Shown one piece after another: positions 1 to 9,535 of a stretch of DNA of 61,605 nucleotides (the stretch's first letter is position 1; the number at the start of each line of letters is the position of its first letter). The DNA is from Vicinamibacteria bacterium (GTDB taxonomy: Bacteria; Acidobacteriota; Vicinamibacteria; Marinacidobacterales; SMYC01): the NCBI GenBank assembly GCA_035620555.1, contig DASPGQ010000226.1, forward strand, positions 1-61,605, written 5' to 3'. Made by a program: the position numbers and the translations under genes. The notes beneath the pieces are model-generated. The model did not search any database. It was not told the DNA's origin and was given only the letters and a program-made list of their open reading frames with translations.

Positions 1-716
1 ACCCCTTCCTTTCCGAACCGCTCCTCGATGAACTCGAAGATCGACGAGCCGAAGCTGTAGGCGGCCCGGGCGAAGCCGACGTCGAGGGCCTCGAAGCTCG
101 GGACCTGGTCGGTCACCGCGGCATCCCGCACTACCATCATGTCCAGCGGATCCCACTCGTCCTCCATGTAAGTGGCCATGCCCTCGTCGATCCAGACCGG
201 AACCGAGCGCCGCACGAGGGATCGGGGAATGATGTCGAACTGGAAGATGTGGGTGAGCTCGTGGATGAAGAGCTCCTGGAGCTCGTCCGGCGGATAGTCG
301 ATGGGAAGGACCATCCGGTCGCGCGAAGGCTCGGCGAAGGCGCCGACCCCTTCGGGCACCTCGATGGGGAAGAGGTTCGTCTGAGCGAACTCCGAGAACG
401 TCTTATAGAGGATGAGCGGGATGGGAAAGGAGATCTCGTGTTTCAGGTCGTTCGAGACCTGCTCGTAGGCGCTCTCCGCGTAGCTGACGAGGCGGCCGAG
501 CTCCTGCTCGAACTCGGGATAGTAGTAGATCTCGAAATGGGGCGAACGGTAGACCTGCCACCGGTGCTTGTCGTACTTGACCTTGTTCTTTCCGTAGAAA
601 GGAGCGAAGGAAGCCTGGCCGAAAGCCGTCGCCGCCGCGCCCAGTGACGCCAGAAGGATGATAGACGCGATCCTCGCCCGTGGCGCCGAAGAAGATTGCA
701 TGGTGGTGAACCTCAT
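1..716 (-). CDS. Peptidase MA-like zinc metalloprotease, N-terminal part (gene continues beyond the left edge)
   Basis: Absent from the ORF track because it runs off the window. My reverse-strand translation from ATG 716 gives MRFTTMQSSSAPRARIASIILLASLGAAATAFG (signal peptide), then FIHELTHIFQFD (HExxH, encoded around 249-263), then WIDEGMATYMEDEW. A GAGG Shine-Dalgarno lies about 7 nt upstream. The + ORF 249..647 is its antisense shadow. Confidence 0.7.
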   Translation of the reverse strand, partial: MRFTTMQSSSAPRARIASIILLASLGAAATAFGQASFAPFYGKNKVKYDKHRWQVYRSPHFEIYYYPEFEQELGRLVSYAESAYEQVSNDLKHEISFPIPLILYKTFSEFAQTNLFPIEVPEGVGAFAEPSRDRMVLPIDYPPDELQELFIHELTHIFQFDIIPRSLVRRSVPVWIDEGMATYMEDEWDPLDMMVVRDAAVTDQVPSFEALDVGFARAAYSFGSSIFEFIEERFGKEG

Positions 717-795
717 GAGATACCTCGTATCGTTTTGCCCGGACGACGCGAAAAGCTCGGCGGCGAGAAGCCTAGCGCTCGTGGGTCTCGGTCGC

Positions 796-1611
796 TCACT
801 TCAAGAGCACCCTCGTTCCCCGGAACGTCTGGGGCGACAGGATGCTGAGAAAATTCGGAATCAGCCGATCCATCAGCTCGAAATACGAGGAGAGGGCCGA
901 GGTCTGCTCATCACGGCCGTAGATGACCTCCTCGGTAAAACGTTCGCGATGGATCGTCTGGCCGGTCTCACCGTCGATGAAATAAAACTCGGCGTTGAGG
1001 GTGAAGCCAGTGCGCTCTTCGAACACGTTCGAACGGACGAGGGTGGGCCGGTTGAACGAATCTCTCACGTAGCGGTCGCTCGTCGAGAAGCCCGACCGCG
1101 ACTCCGATCCGAAGGCCAGCTTTCCCGTCACGATCAACGGATTCTGGTATTCCTCTCCAACTCCTTGCCAGTACTCGGAGTCCTCGAGGAGCTTGTCCTG
1201 CTCGAGATCGATCCATTCCTGCCGGGAGATCTCTTCTTCGCCGGCGGAGCGAGCCTGCTCCTCGATCTTCTCGAACTCCGCGAGCATGCCGGTCTGCTCG
1301 AGCGTCTGTTCGGAGAAATCTCCGAGCGGCTCGATGTCGGCATCGAGGACCATGAGGTTCGATCGCATGCGAAGCTGGTTGCGAAGCAGCCGTACCGTCT
1401 CGGCGTCGAGGTCGATGCCCTCGTTGGACTGGGTAGTAAAGCTCGCAACCAGAATCCGATTGTATTTCTCCACGTCGAGCTTGGCCGAGATCGGAACCTC
1501 GATGGGGACCTCGTAATAGCTCGTACAGGCCAACGTCGACGCGAGCACCAACCCGACTGTGAGCCGGCCGACAGGCATCGACCCCCGGCGGCTCGATTTG
1601 CTACGACTCAT
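796..1611 (-). CDS. Hypothetical exported protein, possibly a lipoprotein
   Basis: ORF 796..1872 trimmed to ATG 1611 (MSRSKSSRRGSMPVGRLTVGLVLASTLACTSYY, a signal peptide ending at Cys). The longer 5' extension runs into the upstream TPR gene. No family recognised. Confidence 0.55.
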   Translation of the reverse strand: MSRSKSSRRGSMPVGRLTVGLVLASTLACTSYYEVPIEVPISAKLDVEKYNRILVASFTTQSNEGIDLDAETVRLLRNQLRMRSNLMVLDADIEPLGDFSEQTLEQTGMLAEFEKIEEQARSAGEEEISRQEWIDLEQDKLLEDSEYWQGVGEEYQNPLIVTGKLAFGSESRSGFSTSDRYVRDSFNRPTLVRSNVFEERTGFTLNAEFYFIDGETGQTIHRERFTEEVIYGRDEQTSALSSYFELMDRLIPNFLSILSPQTFRGTRVLLK

Positions 1612-1684
1612 TTGCTTGGCCAAACTCACCTCGTCGCACCCCCAGCAAACCGCCGTCATCCCTCCCGAAACGAGCGGGAACGGG

Positions 1685-2071
1685 CTAGTTCGTCCCCGAT
1701 CTCTGATCCGTCCTTTTCTTTCGCTCATACGCTTCCCTGAAGAGCTCGTAGTTCTGGCGGATGTAGAGGTTGTTCGGATCGATCTCCAGGGCCCGCTCGT
1801 ATTCGACATTGGCCTCGTCGAACTGCCCCGCCTGCTCGTAAGCCACGGCGAGATTGTTTCGGGCGCTCGCATTGCGAGGGTCGAGCTCTACCGCTTTCTC
1901 CCAACGGTAGATGGCTTCGCGCCACAAGCCTCGCTGCGCGACTTCGATGCCGAAGTAGACTTGCTTCTTGGCTTCGTTCTCGCGCTCGTCGGCAACGGCA
2001 TCGAGCGCGAGAGGCGCGGCGAGCAACGCTAGCACCAAGAGCGTGGTCAGTGGGCGGACGCTCGAGGACAA
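1685..2071 (-). CDS. Small secreted TPR-repeat protein
   Basis: 128 aa with a TTG start. Signal peptide LTTLLVLALLAAPLALDA. TPR-like repeats (AIYRWEKAVELDPRNASARNNLAVAYEQAGQFDEANVEYERALEIDPNN). Confidence 0.75.
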   Translation of the reverse strand: MSSSVRPLTTLLVLALLAAPLALDAVADERENEAKKQVYFGIEVAQRGLWREAIYRWEKAVELDPRNASARNNLAVAYEQAGQFDEANVEYERALEIDPNNLYIRQNYELFREAYERKKRTDQRSGTN

Positions 2072-2233
2072 CTCTACCTCGCTCCCAACAGAATCTTTGA
2101 GGTTCGCATCACAATTACGTGATGGCGACGGCAGAGGTATCGTAGCCCAGCTGGCAGGGACGGTGCAAGCAACTTCGTCGCCCTTCCGGGAGGGGCTTCG
2201 TCCCCGATTCCGTCTTCAGGAAAAGAGACGACC

Positions 2234-3310
2234 ATGGACTCCGACGAAGAGCGGCTCGCGGCCTGGGTCCTGTCGCGAGCCCGGTTGCCGCGGACAGCCG
2301 ACCCCTGGGACGCGATCGAATCGGCGGGAAGCTGCGCCGGCGCGCTACAGGGTCTTGCTCCCGTCGTGCCGATCGGGGTGCGCGACGCCGCGGCGCGTTC
2401 CTTCGAAAGAGCGGAAAAGGAGGGCTATCGCATCGTGGCGCTGACCGAACCGAGCTATCCGCGGCTCTTGAGGCAGATCTTCGATCCTCCGATCGCTCTA
2501 TCGGTCTGGGGCACGCTTCGGCCGGAAGATGCGCTCGGCATCTCGATCGTCGGCTCGAGGCGACCGACATCCTACGGGCTTGCCGCGAGCCGCCGGCTTT
2601 CGCGGGATCTGGCTCGTGCGGGACTCGCGATCACAAGCGGGCTCGCGCGGGGCATCGACGCTTCGGCCCATCGAGGAGCCCTCGAAGAAGGCGGGCGCAC
2701 GCTGGCCGTGCTCGGCTCCGGCCTCTGCAGTCTCTATCCGCGCGAGCACCGGCGGCTCGCCGAGGAGATCGCGACATCTGGAGCCGTCCTTTCGGAGTTC
2801 GATTTGAACGAGCCTCCTCTCGGTCGGAATTTCCCCCGGCGAAACCGGGTCATTTCCGGCCTCACCCTGGGGACGATCGTCGTCGAGGCGGCGACCAAGA
2901 GCGGCTCGCTCGTCTCGGCGCGCCTCGCCGCCGACCAGAACCGCGATGTTTTCGCCGTGCCCGGACCCATCGACTCGACCACGAGCGAAGGAGCCCACGA
3001 GCTGATCCGAGACGGTGCACGCCTCGTCGGCCGAGCCGAGCACGTTCTCGAGGAGCTTCGCGAGGACGTTCGAGAGGCTCTGAGAATCAAGGCCTCTCCC
3101 CGGACGGCCCCGACGGCGCCCGAGCTCGACGAGGACGAGAACGCCGTCGTGAGGGCTCTGCGGCAGTCCCTCACGCGACCGCTCGACGTGGACGAGCTTC
3201 TCGAAGCGGTCGCGCTTCCGACCGAGCGCACGCTCGCGGCGCTTTCCCGGCTCGAGGTGGCGAGACGCGTCCGGCGCCACCCCGACGGGCGCTACCGGCC
3301 GGAAATTTGA
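2234..3310 (+). CDS. dprA: DNA processing protein DprA (Smf)
   Basis: Motifs GSRRPTSYG, GLARGIDASAHRGALEEGGRTLAVLGSGL, NFPRRNRVISGL, KSGSLVSARLAADQNRDVFAVPG, and a C-terminal winged-helix-like tail. Confidence 0.9.
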   Translation: MDSDEERLAAWVLSRARLPRTADPWDAIESAGSCAGALQGLAPVVPIGVRDAAARSFERAEKEGYRIVALTEPSYPRLLRQIFDPPIALSVWGTLRPEDALGISIVGSRRPTSYGLAASRRLSRDLARAGLAITSGLARGIDASAHRGALEEGGRTLAVLGSGLCSLYPREHRRLAEEIATSGAVLSEFDLNEPPLGRNFPRRNRVISGLTLGTIVVEAATKSGSLVSARLAADQNRDVFAVPGPIDSTTSEGAHELIRDGARLVGRAEHVLEELREDVREALRIKASPRTAPTAPELDEDENAVVRALRQSLTRPLDVDELLEAVALPTERTLAALSRLEVARRVRRHPDGRYRPEI

Positions 3311-3353
3311 CGCGATGCCGGGTCGCGTGCCACCATATCGCTACACGATTCCC

Positions 3354-5849
3354 ATGACGAAGTCACTCGTGATCGTCGAATCGCCGGCGAAGGCGAAGAC
3401 CATCAACAAGTTTCTCGGACGCAACTACGTCGTACGAGCCTCGATGGGCCATGTCCGCGACCTCCCCAAGAGCAAGCTCGGCGTCGACGTCGAGCACGGA
3501 TTCCAGCCGGACTACGTGGTCATTCCCAAGAAGAAGAAGGTGCTCTCCGAGCTCAAGGAGGAAGCGAAGAAGGCGACTGCCATCTACCTCGCTCCCGACC
3601 CCGACCGCGAAGGTGAGGCCATCAGCTTCCACCTGGCCGAGGAGCTCCAGGCCAAGAACGGCGCCGTCCACCGGGTCCTGTTCAACGAGATCACGAAGAA
3701 GGCGGTGGAAGAGGCCATCCGCAATCCCAAGAGAATCGACCGGGACAAGGTCGACGCGCAGCAGGCGCGCCGAGTCCTCGACCGGCTCGTGGGCTACCAG
3801 ATTTCTCCTCTGCTCTGGGAGAAGGTCCGGCGGGGGCTCTCCGCCGGTAGGGTGCAATCGGTGGCGCTGCGCATCGTCTGCGAGCGCGAGCGGGACATCC
3901 AGGCGTTCCAGTCCGAGGAGTACTGGTCGATCCACGCCGACCTGGAGGCAAAGACTCCCCCAGGCTTCATCGCGAAGCTCACCCGGATCGACGGCAACGC
4001 CGCCGAGCTGAAGGACGAGGCGACGACGCGGGCGATCGCCGACGAGCTCTCCCATCTCGATTTCACCGTCAAGACGGTCACCGCGAAGGAGCGGCGCCGC
4101 AAGCCGGTGCCTCCCTTCATCACCAGCAAGCTTCAGCAGGAGGGGGCGCGCAAGCTCGGCTTCACCGCGAAGCGGACGATGATCGTCGCCCAGCGTCTCT
4201 ACGAGGGAATCGAGCTCGGGAGCGAAGGACCGGTCGGTCTCATCACTTACATGCGCACCGACTCGACCCGCATCGCCAACGAGGCTCTCGACGAGGCCCG
4301 TCAATTCGTCGAAGAGAAATATGGCCGGGATCTGCTTCCCGACAAACCGAACATCTACAAGAGCAAGAAGGGCGCCCAGGACGCCCACGAGGCGATTCGG
4401 CCCACCTCGGTTTATCGAGACCCCGACTCCATAGCGCCCTATCTCGACCGCGACGAGCTCAAGCTCTATCGGCTCATCTGGAACCGGTTCGTGGCCTCTC
4501 AGATGGCGCCCGCTTTGTTCGACGAGACCATCGCCGAGATCGAGGCGGGACGATACATCCTGCGGGCGCGGGGGTCGGTGCTCAAGTTCAAGGGCTTCCT
4601 CGCGGTCTACGAGGAGGGGAAGGACGAAGACACTTCCCCGAAGGCCACCGCGGAGGAAAGAGAGGAAGAAGAGTCCAGAGAAGACGGCAAGGACAAGAAG
4701 CTCCCGCCGCTTTCGGAGGGCGAGCTCTTGAAGCTGCTCGGAGTCCAGCCGGAGCAGCATTTCACCCAGCCGCCGCCTCGATTCACCGAGGCGTCGCTCG
4801 TGAAAGAGCTGGAGGAAAAAGGCATCGGCCGGCCGAGCACCTACGCCAGCATCCTCTCGGTTCTCCAGGATCGACAATACGTACAGAAGATCGAACGGAA
4901 GTTCGTTCCCACCGAGCTCGGATTCCTCGTCACCGATCTGCTGATGGGAAGCTTCGCCGACATCATGGAGATCGAGTACACCGCCAAGCTCGAAGGGATG
5001 CTCGACGAGATCGAGGAGGGTCGGGCCAACTACCTCACGACGATCGACGGCTTCTACCAGAAGTTCAGCAAGGACCTGACCGAAGCCAAGAAGCACATGA
5101 CCAACGTCAAGGCCATGGAGATTGCCACCGAAGAGAAGTGCGACAAATGCGGCAAGCCCATGGTCATCAAATGGGGGCGATTCGGTCACTTTCTGGCCTG
5201 TTCCGGTTATCCCGAGTGCCGCAACACCCGCGAGATCCAGAATTACCAGGACAAAGAATCCGCCGACCCCGACGCGTTCTCCGAAGAGACCTGCGAAAAA
5301 TGCGACAGGCCCATGGTGCTGAAGAAAGGCCGCTATGGCCAGTTCCTCGCCTGCTCCGGCTACCCCGAGTGCAAGAACACCCGGAAGATCTTCAAGGGCA
5401 AGGACGGCTCGCTCGAGACGAAGCGCGACCAGCTGCTCGACGAGACCTGCCCGAAGTGCGGCTCCCGGCTCGTCGTGAAGCATGGACGCTACGGCGAGTT
5501 CACCGCCTGCAGCTCCTATCCCGACTGCAAGTACATCAAGCAGAAAGAGGTCGGCGTCGCCTGCCCCAGGGAAGACTGCCCCGGGCAGGTGGTCGAGCGT
5601 CGTTCGAGGCGCGGCAAGCTCTTCTTCGGGTGCTCGCAGTACCCCGATTGCGATTTCACCAGCTGGCACAAGCCCGTGGCCGAACCCTGCCCCGAGTGCG
5701 GCTATCCCGTCCTGTTCGAGAAATCGACCAAGCGCGACGGGGCCCACTACGCCTGCACCGAGGAAGGCTGCGGATACAAGCGAAGCATCGACGGCGGAGC
5801 CCCGGACGCCGTGAAGGAGCCAGACCCCGAAGAGGTCGCCGCGAAGTAA
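3354..5849 (+). CDS. topA: DNA topoisomerase I with five C-terminal Zn-ribbon repeats
   Basis: MTKSLVIVESPAKAKTINKFLG Toprim start, then GYITYMRTDS-type active-site region (LITYMRTDSTRI). Five CxxC...C..C modules (for example CDKCGKPMVIKWGRFGHFLACSGYPEC). The track ORF starts at 3315; ATG 3354 matches the usual family N-terminus, and either start is possible. Confidence 0.93.
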   Translation: MTKSLVIVESPAKAKTINKFLGRNYVVRASMGHVRDLPKSKLGVDVEHGFQPDYVVIPKKKKVLSELKEEAKKATAIYLAPDPDREGEAISFHLAEELQAKNGAVHRVLFNEITKKAVEEAIRNPKRIDRDKVDAQQARRVLDRLVGYQISPLLWEKVRRGLSAGRVQSVALRIVCERERDIQAFQSEEYWSIHADLEAKTPPGFIAKLTRIDGNAAELKDEATTRAIADELSHLDFTVKTVTAKERRRKPVPPFITSKLQQEGARKLGFTAKRTMIVAQRLYEGIELGSEGPVGLITYMRTDSTRIANEALDEARQFVEEKYGRDLLPDKPNIYKSKKGAQDAHEAIRPTSVYRDPDSIAPYLDRDELKLYRLIWNRFVASQMAPALFDETIAEIEAGRYILRARGSVLKFKGFLAVYEEGKDEDTSPKATAEEREEEESREDGKDKKLPPLSEGELLKLLGVQPEQHFTQPPPRFTEASLVKELEEKGIGRPSTYASILSVLQDRQYVQKIERKFVPTELGFLVTDLLMGSFADIMEIEYTAKLEGMLDEIEEGRANYLTTIDGFYQKFSKDLTEAKKHMTNVKAMEIATEEKCDKCGKPMVIKWGRFGHFLACSGYPECRNTREIQNYQDKESADPDAFSEETCEKCDRPMVLKKGRYGQFLACSGYPECKNTRKIFKGKDGSLETKRDQLLDETCPKCGSRLVVKHGRYGEFTACSSYPDCKYIKQKEVGVACPREDCPGQVVERRSRRGKLFFGCSQYPDCDFTSWHKPVAEPCPECGYPVLFEKSTKRDGAHYACTEEGCGYKRSIDGGAPDAVKEPDPEEVAAK

Positions 5850-5855
5850 AGGCGC

Positions 5856-7172
5856 TTGAGCTCGAGCGAAGTTGCCGTGGTGGGCGCCGGTCTCGCCGGC
5901 TCGGAGGCGGCCTGGCAGCTCGCCAAGCGAGGCATTCCCGTACGCCTCTACGAGATGCGGCCTTTGGTCACGACGCCCGTTCACCGCACCGAGGGTTTCG
6001 CCGAGCTCGTCTGCAGCAACTCCCTGCGCTCCGATTCTTTGAATAGCGCACACGGGCTTCTCAAAGAAGAAATGCGCCGGCTCGGATCGCTCGTCATGGA
6101 AGCGGCCGAGCTCGCCCGCGTACCCGCGGGGCAGGCGCTCGCCGTCGATCGCGATCGGTTCTCCGAACACGTGACCCGGGCCGTACGGTCCGTTTCGGGG
6201 ATCACGTTCTTGCGGGAGGAAGTGCGCGCCGTTTCCGACGGCGGGCTCGTGATACTCGCGACCGGACCGCTCACTTCGGAGACCCTGGCGAGCTCGATCC
6301 GTACATTCACCGGTCGCGACTCCCTGTACTTCTACGACGCGGTGAGCCCGGTGGTTGAAGTGGAGAGCATCGACTTCAGCAAAGCCTTCCGCGCATCGCG
6401 TTACGGGAAGGGTGGAGACGACTACGTCAATTGTCCCATGGACCGGGTCGAGTACCTCCGTTTTCACGAGGCCTTGTCTGCCGCGGCGCGGGTCGATCTC
6501 CACGCCATCGACCAGGCACTCTACTTCGAGGGTTGCCTCCCCATCGAGGTCATGGCCCAGCGCGGGATCGACACCCTGCGGTACGGACCGATGAAACCCG
6601 TCGGCTTGATCGATCCCCGAACGGGAAAAAGACCTTACGCCGCGGTGCAGCTTCGACAAGACAACCTGGCGGCGACGCTCTACAACATCGTCGGTTTCCA
6701 AAACCAGTTGAAGTGGGGCGAGCAGAAGCGGATTCTGCGGATGATTCCCGGCCTCGAGCGCGCCGAGTTCTCCCGCTACGGAATGATTCATCGCAACACC
6801 TACGTCAACGCGCCCACTCTGCTCCGGCCGACTTTTCAGACACGCACGAGAGATTCGCTCTTTTTCGCGGGACAGATCTCGGGCGTCGAGGGCTATACGG
6901 AATCGGCCGCATCCGGGCTTCTCGCCGGCATCAATGCGGCGCGGTTGTCGCGGGGACTCGTTCCGGTCGTGCCACCGAGAACCACGGCTCTCGGCTCGCT
7001 TTGCCACTACATCTCGGAGGCCGATCCCGAGAATTACCAGCCGACGAACATCGCCTTCGGGCTTCTGCCGCCGCTCGAGACCCGCGTCAAGAGCCGGAGA
7101 GAACGCAAAGAAGCGCTGGTCGCACGCGCTCTCGCCGCCATGGACCGCTTCGTCGAAACGGCCGCAGCATGA
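5856..7172 (+). CDS. trmFO: Methylenetetrahydrofolate--tRNA-(uracil-5-)-methyltransferase TrmFO (Gid)
   Basis: TTG start. VAVVGAGLAGSEAAWQLAKRG FAD-binding fold, then TEGFAELVCSNSLRS, then FAGQISGVEGYTESAASGLLAG. Confidence 0.9.
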   Translation: MSSSEVAVVGAGLAGSEAAWQLAKRGIPVRLYEMRPLVTTPVHRTEGFAELVCSNSLRSDSLNSAHGLLKEEMRRLGSLVMEAAELARVPAGQALAVDRDRFSEHVTRAVRSVSGITFLREEVRAVSDGGLVILATGPLTSETLASSIRTFTGRDSLYFYDAVSPVVEVESIDFSKAFRASRYGKGGDDYVNCPMDRVEYLRFHEALSAAARVDLHAIDQALYFEGCLPIEVMAQRGIDTLRYGPMKPVGLIDPRTGKRPYAAVQLRQDNLAATLYNIVGFQNQLKWGEQKRILRMIPGLERAEFSRYGMIHRNTYVNAPTLLRPTFQTRTRDSLFFAGQISGVEGYTESAASGLLAGINAARLSRGLVPVVPPRTTALGSLCHYISEADPENYQPTNIAFGLLPPLETRVKSRRERKEALVARALAAMDRFVETAAA

Positions 7173-8059
7173 GGCGCGACATCGACGCTTTCGCGGAGGA
7201 TCTGCGATACCGCCGTGGTCTCTCCGTGCACACCGTCGCGAGCTATCGCTCGGATCTCGAGCAGCTCGAAGTCTTTCTCGCCGAAGCGCTTACGGTCACC
7301 CGGGTCGAGGACGTGGACGTTCTCGCCCTCCGAGCCTTCCTCGCGCATTTGCACCAAGCGGGCGCCGCTCGCTCCTCGGTCGCGCGCAAGCTCGCCGCCA
7401 TACGAACGTTCTTCCGCTACCTGAATCGAGAAGGGCGGCTCACGAAGAACCCCGCTCGGCTCGTGGGAACGCCCCGGCTCGACAAGAAGATCCCGATGCG
7501 AATCGAGGAGGCCGAGGTAGAGCGTCTGCTCGATGCTCCCGATTCATCGACCCCCTTGGGACGCCGCGACCGTGCACTGCTCGAGCTTCTTTATGCAACC
7601 GGCCTCCGGGTGGGTGAGCTCGTTTCGCTCGACCTCGCGGAGGTCGATCTCGAATCACGTCTTGTCCGCGTCGTCGGAAAGGGCGGCAAGGAGCGCATCG
7701 TGCCGTTCGGTGAGCCCGCCGCGGAGGCGGTCCGGCATTACTTGCCCGACCGCCAGAAGCTCGTCCGCCTCGGCCGCGGCACCGACGCGTTGATCCTCAA
7801 CGCCCGGGGAGGGCGACTGACGGCCCGTAGCGTACGTCGTTTGGTCGACCGGTACCTCAGGCTGACGGCCCTCCGAAAGGGGCTCTCGCCTCACAGCCTC
7901 CGTCATGCCTTCGCAACCCATCTTCTCGAGCGGGGTTGCGATCTCCGCTCCATTCAGGAGCTTCTCGGTCACCAGAGCCTCTCGACCACGCAGAAGTACA
8001 CGACCCTATCGGCCCAGCGGTTGCTCGACGTCTACGAAAAGGCGCATCCCAAGGCTTGA
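7169..8059 (+). CDS. xerC: Tyrosine recombinase XerC/XerD family
   Basis: Track ORF 6431..8059 trimmed to ATG 7169, which overlaps the trmFO stop (ATGA). N-terminal SAM-like domain (LSVHTVASYRSDLEQL). Catalytic signature ATGLRVGELVSL, HSLRHAFATHLLERGCDLRSIQELLGHQSLSTTQKYT. Confidence 0.9.
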   Translation: MRRDIDAFAEDLRYRRGLSVHTVASYRSDLEQLEVFLAEALTVTRVEDVDVLALRAFLAHLHQAGAARSSVARKLAAIRTFFRYLNREGRLTKNPARLVGTPRLDKKIPMRIEEAEVERLLDAPDSSTPLGRRDRALLELLYATGLRVGELVSLDLAEVDLESRLVRVVGKGGKERIVPFGEPAAEAVRHYLPDRQKLVRLGRGTDALILNARGGRLTARSVRRLVDRYLRLTALRKGLSPHSLRHAFATHLLERGCDLRSIQELLGHQSLSTTQKYTTLSAQRLLDVYEKAHPKA

Positions 8060-8072
8060 AAGGCCCGAGGAC

Positions 8073-9425
8073 CTATTGGGTCTGCTCGAGGATGTCCTCG
8101 GCTCCCAGGATCACCAGGCATGGAATGGCCACACCATTCAACTGCGCCGGCGTGAACTTGGCACGAATCACCGACATCAGAACGACGGGAGCCCAGCTCT
8201 CAGCGGCTCTCGTGAGGTGAGCGGCCACGACGCGTCCCTGGTGGTCGATCAAAATCGCGAATCCTCCGCTCGAACCGCGCCGCGATCGCATCGTGCTCGG
8301 CGGTTTGACGATACCACTGATGGCTTCGGGAGGCTCGTAACGCCCGGTGGCCGCCTTGAGGGCGAGAGCGTAGGGCATCAAGTCGTGGAGCAGGTAGTCG
8401 AAGTTCGACTCGAAGGCCGATTCGAAGGCGGCGGCGGCGAGCCCGGCCTCGCCGGCAAGAGCATGATGGTAGCCGATGTGCAAGCTCGCCTCGGCGTCGT
8501 TGGGCACCGCCTCGGCAAGGGCCCGATAAAGGCCGACGGCGTCGGCCGCGTTGCCGTTCTGAGCGTGAGCCCGCGCGAGAAGCCGCAGGGCCCGCCAGTT
8601 CTCGGGGTCTCCCAGCAATACTTCCCCCAGCTCCCGGATGGCCGCAGGATATTGTCGGTCACCGAGGAAGGCCTCGCCGATCAGAAGACGAAAGGTCGAG
8701 CGCTCGTCGTCCGTCGTGGGGAGCTGAGTCTGGAGCCAGGCGATCGCCTGTCGGAACTTACCTTCGGCAATGTAGTCCCGTGCCCGATCGATCGGATCGT
8801 CGAGGGCGGCCGTCAGGGCAGGACTGCCCGATCTCGGCTTGAGGAAGAAATAACGCTCGGGCGCGACGCCCTCTTCAACGAGGCTCGCGACGAGCCGCGG
8901 ATGGGTAAATCTCATGTGCTCCCATGCGTCGACGAACTCGTCGATGATCTCGAGCTCGTGCCCCTCGTAGACGATCCCGCTCCTTCCGACGCTCGAGCGG
9001 AGCGTTCCCAGATACAACGGCATCTCGGTGACGACGGGAAAAGTGGGAAACCCGTCGTCGGCAGACGGCTTGAGGGCATAGCGCTGCTTCACCGGCGGGT
9101 AGCGGTCGGGCTTCATCGGTCGGATCGGCGCAATGTAGACGGCCTCGATCGCCAGGATCTCGTAGGTGCCGGTGGGGAGGGCCGCCCGGAAATAGCCGAG
9201 CCCTTGATCCACGTCGATGACGTGCTCTTCGTTCGTCGTCTCCCGCCGCACGCGGAGCTTCCGCCCACGATAGTCCGGCCCGTCGAAGCGTCCTTCCAGC
9301 CGGCCGAACACGAACGAGCTTCCGGCGGCACGAAGGGATGCCCAGGTGGTCTCGACCTCGAGCTCGTCCGAGAGAACCGAGGAAGCCAGAGACAGAGCCA
9401 GGCTCGTCAGGAGAGCGCTCCGCAT
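8073..9425 (-). CDS. Secreted TPR protein with a tentative TonB-C-like C-terminal domain
   Basis: ORF 8073..9530 trimmed to ATG 9425 (MRSALLTSLALSLASSVLS signal peptide). Central TPR-like helices (AIRELGEVLLGDPENWRALRLLARAHAQNGNAADAVGLYRALAEA). The tail GGFAILIDHQGRVVAAHL...KFTPAQLNGVAIP resembles TonB_C. Confidence 0.6.
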   Translation of the reverse strand: MRSALLTSLALSLASSVLSDELEVETTWASLRAAGSSFVFGRLEGRFDGPDYRGRKLRVRRETTNEEHVIDVDQGLGYFRAALPTGTYEILAIEAVYIAPIRPMKPDRYPPVKQRYALKPSADDGFPTFPVVTEMPLYLGTLRSSVGRSGIVYEGHELEIIDEFVDAWEHMRFTHPRLVASLVEEGVAPERYFFLKPRSGSPALTAALDDPIDRARDYIAEGKFRQAIAWLQTQLPTTDDERSTFRLLIGEAFLGDRQYPAAIRELGEVLLGDPENWRALRLLARAHAQNGNAADAVGLYRALAEAVPNDAEASLHIGYHHALAGEAGLAAAAFESAFESNFDYLLHDLMPYALALKAATGRYEPPEAISGIVKPPSTMRSRRGSSGGFAILIDHQGRVVAAHLTRAAESWAPVVLMSVIRAKFTPAQLNGVAIPCLVILGAEDILEQTQ

Positions 9426-9535
9426 CGTCACCAAGAATATCATGCCGGGTGGAGGCCGAATCCGGGTGCAATTTCGCTTACACTTGCGGGCTGATAAACA
9501 AGTCAGGAGACCAAGCGTCGGGAGAGGCAACCATC

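Noticed and set aside
3363-7007. 1214-aa ORF on the minus strand spanning topA and trmFO
   Set aside because: It is antisense to two genes with unmistakable family motifs. Its translation is low-complexity and rich in R, G, L, E and D with no recognisable domain. This is a typical shadow ORF of high-GC DNA, where stop codons are rare.
6431-7168. 5' over-extension of the xerC ORF; similar extensions at 24041-25111, 41013-41714, 16239-16787, 22348-22773 and 23385-23630
   Set aside because: The extensions overlap the upstream gene in another frame and encode Arg/Pro/Gly-rich sequence. Family-typical N-termini with start codons, often overlapping the upstream stop, exist at the trimmed positions.
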